Positions 37,725 through 46,430 of a stretch of DNA of 64,000 nucleotides are shown one piece after another; within the stretch, counting starts at the first letter, position 1, and each line of letters starts with the position of its first letter. A program made the position numbers and the translations under genes. The notes under the pieces were generated by a model. It saw only the letters and a program-made list of their open reading frames with translations, had not been told where the DNA came from and did not search any database. Source of the stretch: Syntrophales bacterium (lineage in GTDB: Bacteria; Desulfobacterota; Syntrophia; Syntrophales; UBA2210); the NCBI GenBank assembly GCA_963666365.2, contig CAXXNF010000001.1:1152001-1216000 (forward strand), given 5' to 3'.

Positions 37725-39572
37725 CTACAGAGGCCACACCAGCAATAACAGGGGAACGGCGACGGCAACAACCAGGGCTTCCAGCGGCAGGCCCAGCTTC
37801 CAATAGTCGCCGAAACGGAACCCGCCCGGCCCGAGGATCAGTGTATTGTTTTGATGACCGATAGGCGTGAGAAAGGCACAGGAAGCCCCCACCGCCACTG
37901 CCATCAGAAAGGGGTCCGCACTGACTCCCAGATACCCGGATGTACTGATCGCTATGGGACACATCACGGCAGCGGTGGCGGCATTGTTCATCATGTCGGA
38001 AAGGAACATGGTAACAATCAGGATCACGGCCATACCCACAACGGCCTGCCCCTGGGCGAAATACTCAATCAGAAACCGGGCCATCATATCGGCGGCGCCG
38101 GTGTGCTCCATCGCCCCGGCCACCGGAAACAATGCGCCAAGCAGTATTATTACGGGCCAATCAATCGCATGATAGACCGTTCGAAGAGATACCGTCCTCA
38201 GTGCCATGGAGGCCAGTACGCCGGCGGTGAAGGCAATGGCGGCCGGTACGAGGCCGAAGGCTGCCCCGCCGACGGCAAGCGCCATAATGACCACGGAAAT
38301 AAAGGCCTTGCGTTTATTTGGAATACGAAGCGCCCGTTCCGCCAGTGGAACACAGCCGGAATTTTCGGCGAATTCGGACAGTGCGTCAGCTGCCCCCTGC
38401 ATCAGCAGTAAGTCGCCGGGGCGGAAGATCATCTTCCGCAGCCGTGATGTGGAGCGGCGCCCCTGACGGGACAGCGCAAGAAGGTTAACGCCGTAGCGGG
38501 TGCGCAGCATGATGTCGCTTGCCGAGAGACCCGTCAGATCAGAGCCGGGGAGAACCGCGTACTCTCTGAGCACGATCTCCTGTGCCGTGAGGGGTTTTTC
38601 TTCACGTTCTTTACCGTCCTCTGAATTTTCTTCCTGCCCCTCTCCTTCTTCCCCATCCGGCTCTTTTGGTTTTGGACGCTTTGATTCTTCGAGCTTTAAC
38701 CCGAGACCGGACAGCGTTTCGGCCAGGGCGTCCGCCTCAGCTTCGATTACCAGGATGTCGCCGGTATAGACCATACGACTTTGACTGGGAGGTGTAAGGC
38801 GCACTTCGTTTCTCACCAGCCCGATGACCTGGGCACCGCCTCCTGCATCATCCAGAAGCGCTTCAACTTCCCGAAGTGTGAGGCCCGCGGCCTTGCTCCC
38901 CTTCTCGACGCGGGCTTCAGTGAGATAGGCTTCCGTATCGAAACCTTCCGATGCGGCCTGCTTTCTGATGGGAACGAGCCTCCAGCCGATGAGCGCTACA
39001 AAAAGAATGCCCGAGGCGGCCACCGCCAACCCTACCGGCGTAAAGTCAAGCATGGCAAAATTGCTCCCGCCGTTTTGGGCGCGGAAGCCCGATACGATCA
39101 GATTGGGTGGTGTTCCGATCATGGTGGTCATGCCGCCCAGGATCGATCCGAAGGCCAGGGGCATGAGGACGCGCCCGGGGGGAATTTCCCGGCGCGAGGC
39201 AACCTGCAGGGCAATCGGCATCATAAGCGCCAGTGCACCGACATTGTTCATAAACCCTGAAAGCACCGCAGCGACTCCCGTGAGTGCGGCAATGGTAACA
39301 GTGGGGCCCGCCGACGCCGGCATGATGCGACGCACCAGCACATCGACGGCGCCCGAATTCTCAAGCCCTTTGCTCAGAATCAGCACACAGGCCACCGTTA
39401 TGACTGCAGGGTGGGCAAAACCGTAAAATGCATCCCCCGTTGATACCAGTCCGGTGAAGACACAGGCAAGCAGGGCCCCGGTCGCCACCATGTCATGGCG
39501 CCATCTCCCCCACAAAAACATGGCCATCGTAGCCGCCAGAATGGAAAGGATAACAATCTGTGGGCCTGTCAT
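37725..39572 (-). CDS. SLC13/DASS-family permease with two TrkA-C domains
   Basis: FMNNVGA, IGTPPNL, MNNAATA and FLTPIGHQNN motifs; start moved to ATG 39572 (GGAGG). Confidence 0.9.
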   Translation of the reverse strand: MTGPQIVILSILAATMAMFLWGRWRHDMVATGALLACVFTGLVSTGDAFYGFAHPAVITVACVLILSKGLENSGAVDVLVRRIMPASAGPTVTIAALTGVAAVLSGFMNNVGALALMMPIALQVASRREIPPGRVLMPLAFGSILGGMTTMIGTPPNLIVSGFRAQNGGSNFAMLDFTPVGLAVAASGILFVALIGWRLVPIRKQAASEGFDTEAYLTEARVEKGSKAAGLTLREVEALLDDAGGGAQVIGLVRNEVRLTPPSQSRMVYTGDILVIEAEADALAETLSGLGLKLEESKRPKPKEPDGEEGEGQEENSEDGKEREEKPLTAQEIVLREYAVLPGSDLTGLSASDIMLRTRYGVNLLALSRQGRRSTSRLRKMIFRPGDLLLMQGAADALSEFAENSGCVPLAERALRIPNKRKAFISVVIMALAVGGAAFGLVPAAIAFTAGVLASMALRTVSLRTVYHAIDWPVIILLGALFPVAGAMEHTGAADMMARFLIEYFAQGQAVVGMAVILIVTMFLSDMMNNAATAAVMCPIAISTSGYLGVSADPFLMAVAVGASCAFLTPIGHQNNTLILGPGGFRFGDYWKLGLPLEALVVAVAVPLLLLVWPL

Positions 39573-39748
39573 ATCAATCCGCGCCTCCATAATTGCCTGC
39601 GGCATACCATTAATTTGCAGACATCAACCGGCGACGAGGGCGCCATTTCACTGAGCATTTGGATTATCCAACAGCATGTATTCGCATGGGTGATTGCAGT
39701 TTAATAGGACATGCGTGCCGGTGACACAATTTCCTACTGAACGCCTGT

Positions 39749-40708
39749 TCAGCTTCGATCCTCAATCTCTATCCCCCGGCGTTTGACTGCCTCGGCATGC
39801 TGGAGAAGTCTTTCCGCCGCGGCTCGGTCAAGGACATAGATCATGCGGCCGCCCTTTTCGGCGTAAATCTTCCCGTAGGATATGGGAACCAGCGGCGTGG
39901 GATCATTCAGCAGTGATTCGGCGATCGGTTCCGTTTTGCGGCTGCCGTTGGCAAGGAGAATCACCGTGCGGGCCCTGTACACCAGTTCCGCACCCATGGA
40001 AACGGCATAGGAAGGACTTTCCTCCCGGCTGGTGAAATGACCGTCGGCAACGGCGTTCTCAATCGTGTTCTCATCCAGTTTGACCAGCAGCATCCGGTTC
40101 CCCTCAAAGGGAATGCCCGATTCATGAAAGGCCACGTGGCCGCGTCCGCCGACGCCGATTATGTGCAGATCGATGCCGCCGCATTGAAGAATCTTCCGCT
40201 CGTAGGCATCCAGGATGGAAGTGCGCACCCAGCGCAGATACTCGGACTTCGCATCGGGCTTTATCACCACCGCCTTTCCCCTGTCGGCGCCCTCTTCCCG
40301 CCAATCCCCCGGATTTGCCTCAAGCTCCCGGATCAAGGTTTTCTGATCGATCAGGGTTCCCCAGGGAACATTCGTTTCTTTAAATTTTTTATTGAGCAGC
40401 CCGAACAGTTCCTGAATCATAAAAAAACTGTAACTTTCAGGATGGAGCGCCCGCTGCTGAGCGTTTTCTCCGGGAAGACCGACATATTCATCCAGATTGA
40501 AACTCTGAATTCGGGCGCTGTCAACGAGACCATCATTGGCCGCCCGGGCCAGATGTTTGTAGAGCCCCGTGGGCGAATTGCCCGTGGCCAATCCCAGCGT
40601 AAAGGTGTCTTTGTCAGCCAGCGCCGCACTGACGGCGTCTATTGCCAGCCCTGCGGCAACCTCGCTCATGTGTTCAAAATCTCTTGTGACGATCACATTG
40701 AAGGACAT
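39749..40708 (-). CDS. nagB: Glucosamine-6-phosphate deaminase/isomerase-like protein
   Basis: LGLATGNSP, FNLDEYVGL and GGIDLHIIGVGGRGHVAFHE motifs; longer than canonical NagB because of an internal insertion. Confidence 0.78.
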   Translation of the reverse strand: MSFNVIVTRDFEHMSEVAAGLAIDAVSAALADKDTFTLGLATGNSPTGLYKHLARAANDGLVDSARIQSFNLDEYVGLPGENAQQRALHPESYSFFMIQELFGLLNKKFKETNVPWGTLIDQKTLIRELEANPGDWREEGADRGKAVVIKPDAKSEYLRWVRTSILDAYERKILQCGGIDLHIIGVGGRGHVAFHESGIPFEGNRMLLVKLDENTIENAVADGHFTSREESPSYAVSMGAELVYRARTVILLANGSRKTEPIAESLLNDPTPLVPISYGKIYAEKGGRMIYVLDRAAAERLLQHAEAVKRRGIEIEDRS

Positions 40709-40739
40709 CCTGTTTTCCCCCTGTCTGTAATATGCCGGA

Positions 40740-42089
40740 TCAACCGATTGTTTTTTTGACCACCTCGGCAATCTGTGAGCAGTACTGAAACGTTTCCTCC
40801 CGGGTGGGGCCTTCCACCATCACGCGGCACATATTTTGCGTGCCTGAGTAGCGAACGAGGACCCGACCACTTGTTCCCAGTTTTTCCTCGACCGATTTGA
40901 TGACGGCAACCATTTCCGGCACCGTCGATATCTCGGGTCGTGATTTTGTATCCACATTGATCAGGGACTGAGGGAACACATCCATCACCTTGGCCAACTC
41001 GGACAGCGGCTTCCCCTCTTTTCTCATGGCGGCAATCACCTGAAGCGCCGTAATGATTCCGTCGCCTGTGGTGTGATGCTGAAGAAATATTACATGACCC
41101 GAGTCCTCTCCACCGATTGAGGCGCCCCTGGCCTGCATCTCTTCCAGCACGTAGCGGTCGCCCACCTTGGTCATGACGGAGTCGATTTTTAGTTTTTCAA
41201 AGGCCGCGGAGAGGCCGATATTACTCATTACCGTTCTCACCACAAGATTGTTCGTCAGCGCCCCTTCTTTTTTCATAACGTCGGCGCAGACGGCAATGAT
41301 CTGATCCCCTGTCAGGACGTTTCCTTTCTCATCGACAGCAATGAGGCGGTCGCCGTCGCCATCGAAGGCAAAGCCCACATCGGCACGCTGCTTCAGCACC
41401 TCGGCTGCCAGGGTTTCCGGATGCTGGGAACCGCAATTGACATTGATGTTCTTTCCATCGGGATCATCAAAAAGGGTCGTCACCTCCGCCCCCAGTTCCT
41501 CGAAGGTCTCCGGCGCCACCCGATAGGTCGCGCCGTTGGCACAGTCGAGCACCACGTTATTGCCTTCCAGGCTATGCTCGCGGGGGAATGCATGTTTTAA
41601 AAAGACTACGTACCGACCCCGGGCGTCGTCCATGCGAAAGGCCTTGCCCAGTTCAGCGGGAGGGGGAAGCATTTTTTCCATTTTGTTTTCCAAGATCATC
41701 TCTTCAATGGCTGCCTCCGTCTCATCAGGCAGCTTGAAGCCTTCGTGCGAAAAGATCTTGATCCCGTTATCCTGGAAAGGGTTGTGAGAGGCCGATATGA
41801 CGATGCCGGCATCGGCTCGCATGCTGCTGGTCAGAAAGGCGATACCCGGCGTGGGGATGACGCCCACGAGAATGGCATCGACTCCCATGGAACAGATGCC
41901 CGACACAAGGGCATTTTCCAACATATAGCCGGAAAGGCGTGTGTCTTTCCCAATCAGTATTTTGGGATGATGGCCCTTGCGCTTGAACATGTACGCGGTT
42001 GCTCTTCCTACACTAAAGGCCATTTCCGCCGTCATCGGATATTCATTCGCCACGCCTCGTATTCCGTCGGTTCCGAACAGTGTGCCCAT
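40740..42089 (-). CDS. glmM: Phosphoglucosamine mutase
   Basis: FGTDGIRG, ISASHNP, DGDGDR, GGEDSGH and VRYSGT motifs; ATG 42089 with AAGGAG. Confidence 0.93.
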   Translation of the reverse strand: MGTLFGTDGIRGVANEYPMTAEMAFSVGRATAYMFKRKGHHPKILIGKDTRLSGYMLENALVSGICSMGVDAILVGVIPTPGIAFLTSSMRADAGIVISASHNPFQDNGIKIFSHEGFKLPDETEAAIEEMILENKMEKMLPPPAELGKAFRMDDARGRYVVFLKHAFPREHSLEGNNVVLDCANGATYRVAPETFEELGAEVTTLFDDPDGKNINVNCGSQHPETLAAEVLKQRADVGFAFDGDGDRLIAVDEKGNVLTGDQIIAVCADVMKKEGALTNNLVVRTVMSNIGLSAAFEKLKIDSVMTKVGDRYVLEEMQARGASIGGEDSGHVIFLQHHTTGDGIITALQVIAAMRKEGKPLSELAKVMDVFPQSLINVDTKSRPEISTVPEMVAVIKSVEEKLGTSGRVLVRYSGTQNMCRVMVEGPTREETFQYCSQIAEVVKKTIG

Positions 42090-42178
42090 ATACAGCTCCT
42101 TTGCAGTAATGTATACAAAATAACGCAGATATCTACTACAGCCGCAGCTGTTTTGCAATACGAAAGCCGGTCTATTTT

Positions 42179-43165
42179 TTATGGAAAAATGATCTTCTGA
42201 ATGAGCGCGGCCAGTTTTTTCGAATCATGACGGGCAATGCCGCCCACCATGCTCAATAAATCGCCGGCATGCAGCACCCGTTCGTTCCAAAAGGAATCGT
42301 CTCCATCGAGTGACACAAACTCCGCCTGTTCCTGTTCCCGATACTGTTTCAGGAGGGCGGGTTTTGGCTTTGCCGTGTTGTAGAGGACGCCATCGACGTA
42401 ACGGCCGATAAAAAACTCGATATTTTTTACGAAGTCATAACAGTCAAAGCCGTCGGTTTCTCCGTATTTAGTCATTATATTCACCACGTAGAACACTTGC
42501 GCCCCCGTGCCTGCGATCGCCTCTTTCACTCCGGGCACCAGCAGATTGGGAATGATGCTGGTATAGAGATCGCCGGGCCCGATAATGATGAAATCGGCCC
42601 TGCGAATCGCATCGATGACAGGCGGATAGGGGGACACATCATCTTGATGGTGCGGGACAAGGTAGATATCCTTGATCCTCGCCCGCTGAGTGTTATGGGG
42701 CGCATTGATCGCCCTTTGTCCGTAAATGCGGCTTCCGTCGGTCAGCTCGGCCACAAGCGTGGCCTTGTCGATGGTCACCGGCAGGATGGTCCCGCGGGCA
42801 TCAAGAATTTCCGAAAGGGCATTAACGCCGGTGGCAAAACTGCCCGTGTATTCCGCCAGCATGGTCAGAAGCATATTGCCTGCATTGTGCCCCTGCAGTT
42901 TTCCGTTCCCGCCCAGCCTTTTCAGCAAGATCGCACGGACCATCTCCCGTTGAGGAGAAAGAGCCAGCACACATTTCAGCACATCGCCGGGAGGCAGAAT
43001 GCCCAGCTCATCACGAAGCCGACCCGTGCTGCCCCCGCTGTCCGCCATGGACACAACGGCAGTTATATTGACGTCTTCCAGATCACGGAGCCCCGAAAGC
43101 AGCGCAAATTGGCCGCTTCCGCCACCAATGGTGACTACTTTCGCCGCGCCTTCGCATGTCTTCAC
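42179..43165 (-). CDS. yvcK: YvcK/GlmR (CofD-like, UDP-GlcNAc-binding) family protein
   Basis: IGGGSG, DSGGSTGRLR, PPGD, GHNAGN, GPGDLYTSIIPNL, NIMTKYGET and RHD motifs; exact start uncertain. Confidence 0.88.
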   Translation of the reverse strand: MKTCEGAAKVVTIGGGSGQFALLSGLRDLEDVNITAVVSMADSGGSTGRLRDELGILPPGDVLKCVLALSPQREMVRAILLKRLGGNGKLQGHNAGNMLLTMLAEYTGSFATGVNALSEILDARGTILPVTIDKATLVAELTDGSRIYGQRAINAPHNTQRARIKDIYLVPHHQDDVSPYPPVIDAIRRADFIIIGPGDLYTSIIPNLLVPGVKEAIAGTGAQVFYVVNIMTKYGETDGFDCYDFVKNIEFFIGRYVDGVLYNTAKPKPALLKQYREQEQAEFVSLDGDDSFWNERVLHAGDLLSMVGGIARHDSKKLAALIQKIIFP

Positions 43166-43367
43166 CGGGGAACCCCCCACTCTCTTGCAGTGCCATGTGT
43201 CACGGTATGATCATCCCTCTCCAATGGCAGCGAATATATCAGACATCGCGGGAGTTTCAAAGTCATAAATAGGGTACCATGCATCTTCGCTTTTTTTATT
43301 GACATCCAGGAAACCTCCACTTAGATTCCGGGTATGCAAAGCAATCTGTAAATAAACAGACAAGGAG

Positions 43368-45059
43368 GTGTTCGTGTCTCGATGGGTTATCGTCATGGGC
43401 ATTGTCATACTCACGGGGATGTTGTTCACGCCGGCCCATGCCGGCGATTTCGGAAGAACCGCGCCCCTCAATCCTGCCTTTGAGGCATGGCGCGCAAAAG
43501 TCAGGGCAGACAGAGCGGTCTGCGTCACAGCAAAAACCCGCCGCATTTCCGGTAGGCGTCCTTCTCCGGTCAACCTCAGTCACCTGTTCAATCGATCCAT
43601 CGTGCCCCCGTCAAGAACGGTTCAGAATGCCGCAGGCGCCTTCCCTTCACGATACGATCTCAGGAACACCGGGAAGGTTTCACCGGTGAAGGATCAGGAT
43701 CCCTGGGGGAGCTGTTGGACCTTTGCGACCATGGGTTCCGCTGAATCCTCGGCTCTCGGAAGGGGATGGCAGTCACCGGACTTCTCGGAAAAACATCTGG
43801 CCTGGTTCGGTTACACCGATGTCAGCCCCGCCCTGGTGGGATTTGATCGGGTGAAGGAAAAAAACATATACGATCAGGGAGGCTCCGCCACTATTGCGGT
43901 GGCCCTGCTGAGCCGTTGGACGGGCATTGTGGGCGAGGGCGATGTCCCCTATGCGGATTTCACGACGCCTCCTCCGGCAGATGCGAAGAATGCCGCTCTT
44001 TTGAATGCATGCCGCATAGCCCCGGCGGGGGTATATTTTCAGAAAAATGTCAAATATTTGGTCCAAAACTACGGCGCTGTCAATATCGATGTCTATATTG
44101 ACGGCGAGGGGGAAGAGGACGAGGATGAAACCCTCAACTCAAGCTATAATCCTGAGAGGGCGGCCTTTTATTATGCGGGCGAGTCAGCGGAAAGTAACCA
44201 CGCCGTATTGGCGGTAGGCTGGGACGATGCCTATTCCAGAGAAAATTTTCTGATAGAACCGCCCGGAGACGGTGCATGGATCGTGCGAAACTCCTGGGGG
44301 GATGACTGGGGCGACGAGGGGTACTTTTATGTGTCCTATTACGATAACGTCACAGGCGCACTGGAAGACGAGGATGCCTTCGCCTTCGAGGTCGTCCCGC
44401 CGCAGGCGTATGACGGATGTGATTTCCATGATCCCCTCGGCGTTACCGGCGCCTATGCGGTCGGAAACAACGACGGCGATCAGTGGTTCAGCAATGTCTT
44501 CACTTCGGACAAAACGCAGAACCTGCACGCCGTCGGCCTCTTTGCAATGAATCCGGATACCACCATGACTATTTTCGTCTATACCGATATCGATGCATTC
44601 AATCCCCGGTCAGGGGCCCTTGCGCTGAGTCCATGGACCGTCGCCTGCGCGATTCCCGGATACTACGTCTTAAACCTCGAACACACCGTTCCCGTCATGA
44701 AAAACCAGCAATTTTCCATAGTCGTCAACACTCGGGCGCCCGATGCGGAATTTCCCATCGCAATCGAAAGTCCGGAAGGTGAATTTTCCAGCAAGGCGAA
44801 GGCTTCGAAGGGGCAGAGTTTTGTCAGCGCCGACGGCGCCTCATGGAAAGACCTGACGGAAGAAAAACCCAACGCCAATGTATGCCTCAAGGTCTTTTTC
44901 ACGGCGGGACTGGAACAGGTGATAGGGGCGCTCCAGGTCATGCAGGGAATGGCGACGCCCTCCACGGACGGGGGTGTCATCAATGATGTGGACAACGACG
45001 GGAAAATTGGATTTGCCGAGGCGCTCTACACCCTTCAGGTCAATGCCGGATTACGGTAA
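43368..45059 (+). CDS. Secreted papain-family (C1A) cysteine peptidase with a lectin-like domain and a C-terminal dockerin-like tag
   Basis: Signal peptide ending AHA; QDPWGSCWTF, NHAV and WIVRNSWG catalytic motifs; DVDNDGKIGFAEALYTLQ at the C-terminus. Confidence 0.9.
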   Translation: MFVSRWVIVMGIVILTGMLFTPAHAGDFGRTAPLNPAFEAWRAKVRADRAVCVTAKTRRISGRRPSPVNLSHLFNRSIVPPSRTVQNAAGAFPSRYDLRNTGKVSPVKDQDPWGSCWTFATMGSAESSALGRGWQSPDFSEKHLAWFGYTDVSPALVGFDRVKEKNIYDQGGSATIAVALLSRWTGIVGEGDVPYADFTTPPPADAKNAALLNACRIAPAGVYFQKNVKYLVQNYGAVNIDVYIDGEGEEDEDETLNSSYNPERAAFYYAGESAESNHAVLAVGWDDAYSRENFLIEPPGDGAWIVRNSWGDDWGDEGYFYVSYYDNVTGALEDEDAFAFEVVPPQAYDGCDFHDPLGVTGAYAVGNNDGDQWFSNVFTSDKTQNLHAVGLFAMNPDTTMTIFVYTDIDAFNPRSGALALSPWTVACAIPGYYVLNLEHTVPVMKNQQFSIVVNTRAPDAEFPIAIESPEGEFSSKAKASKGQSFVSADGASWKDLTEEKPNANVCLKVFFTAGLEQVIGALQVMQGMATPSTDGGVINDVDNDGKIGFAEALYTLQVNAGLR

Positions 45060-45089
45060 CCGTTCACCAATAGACGTTTCACGTGACAT

Positions 45090-45167
45090 ATTCATTTTCT
45101 CCCGCAAGAGGCAGAGAAAAATTTTTTTATTTCTTCTTGCCCTCAGCACCGCTGCGTCTCTGCGCGA
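45090..45167 (-). repeat. ~80-bp CGCAGAG-type repeat, copy 2, overlapping the 3' end of the radical SAM gene
   Basis: Reverse complement TCGCGCAGAGACGCAGCGGTGCTGAGG...CTGCCTCTTGCGGGAGAAAATGAA. Confidence 0.75.
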
Positions 45168-46413
45168 TATTCTGTTCTTTTTTTTCCCCGGTACGATGCT
45201 CAAGATTCCACACTCCGGCGATAGGCGTCCCGCAGAAGGCGCACCGGCCCTTTTCCACATGCAGTTCCCTTATAAGATACCCCTCGCGCACTACCAGCGT
45301 GCGCGTGCAGCCGGGGCAATAGGTGATGCTCGAATCGCCCGGTCCTATATTCCCCACATAGACATAGTGCAGTCCCATGGCCATGGCTGTCCTTCGCGCC
45401 TCTTCGAGAAAGGAGATCGATGTGGGGGCGAGGGTTGTCAGTTTGTACCGGGGGAAAAACCTTGAAAAGTGAAGGGGGCAGTCGGGGCCGATCGTCTCCA
45501 GCATCCAATGACACATCCGCTTGATCATCTCGATATCATCGGTATAGGTCGGCACGATAAGGGCGGTGATCTCGAACCAGACGCCGTTCTTCTTCAATAT
45601 TTCCAGGGTGCGAAGCACCGGTTTCAGGCGCCCCGCATTCAGCCTCCCGTAAAGCTCTTCCGAAAAGCTCTTTACATCCACATTTGCGGCGTCGATGACC
45701 TTGCAGAGCTCGTGCAGGGGCGTCTCGTTGATGTATCCGTTGGTAACCCAGATGTTGCGGATGCCTTTCAATCGTGCCTGCCGGGATGTATCCAGCATAT
45801 ACTCGAAATAGGTGGTGGCCTCGGAGTAGGTATAGGCGATGGACGGGCAGTTCGCCTTGCAGGCCTCGTCGACGACCGCATCGGGAAACATATCGTAAAA
45901 ACGAACCTCCTCCGGCTTGACCTGCGATATTTCCCAGTTCTGGCAATTGAGGCAGTGAAAACTGCAGCCTGTGGTGGCGATGGAAAAGACGGTGGACCCG
46001 GGAAGAAAGTGATAGAGCGGCTTTTTCTCTATGGGGTCGATGTGGACGGCACAGGGATTTCCGTACACCAGGGTATAGAGTGTGCCGTCCTTGTTCACAT
46101 GGGACTTGCAGCGACTGCGGGCATTGGGAGGCAGTATACACCTGTTGGGACAGGTCAGGCAGCGAACGGTTTCTGCCGCCAGTTCTTCCTTGAAATAGAC
46201 CTCCTTCGACCATTTCCAGAGCCTCTCCGGCGCATCGTTGAGCGTAACCCTTTTCATGTTTTTCCCGGGAAGGGAGGATGATGCGGAAAGGACCCTCAGA
46301 GGATCGAAAAAAAGGACCGTCGACCCGGCCATGCCCGCCGTCAGGAGTTCCCTTCTTGTCATCATGAAGGGAGTTCGTTGTTTTTCACCTTCCATCTTCA
46401 TACTCTCCCTCAC
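45127..46413 (-). CDS. amrS: AmmeMemoRadiSam-system radical SAM enzyme with a twin-arginine-like N-terminus
   Basis: CLTCPNRC, DPIEKKPLYHF.PGS, CSFHCLNCQNWEISQ, IAYTYSE and YVYVGN motifs; TRRELL plus a hydrophobic stretch; start uncertain. Confidence 0.88.
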   Translation of the reverse strand: MRESMKMEGEKQRTPFMMTRRELLTAGMAGSTVLFFDPLRVLSASSSLPGKNMKRVTLNDAPERLWKWSKEVYFKEELAAETVRCLTCPNRCILPPNARSRCKSHVNKDGTLYTLVYGNPCAVHIDPIEKKPLYHFLPGSTVFSIATTGCSFHCLNCQNWEISQVKPEEVRFYDMFPDAVVDEACKANCPSIAYTYSEATTYFEYMLDTSRQARLKGIRNIWVTNGYINETPLHELCKVIDAANVDVKSFSEELYGRLNAGRLKPVLRTLEILKKNGVWFEITALIVPTYTDDIEMIKRMCHWMLETIGPDCPLHFSRFFPRYKLTTLAPTSISFLEEARRTAMAMGLHYVYVGNIGPGDSSITYCPGCTRTLVVREGYLIRELHVEKGRCAFCGTPIAGVWNLEHRTGEKKEQNIAQRRSGAEGKKK

Positions 46414-46430
46414 TTGTCCTCGCGTTCCTT

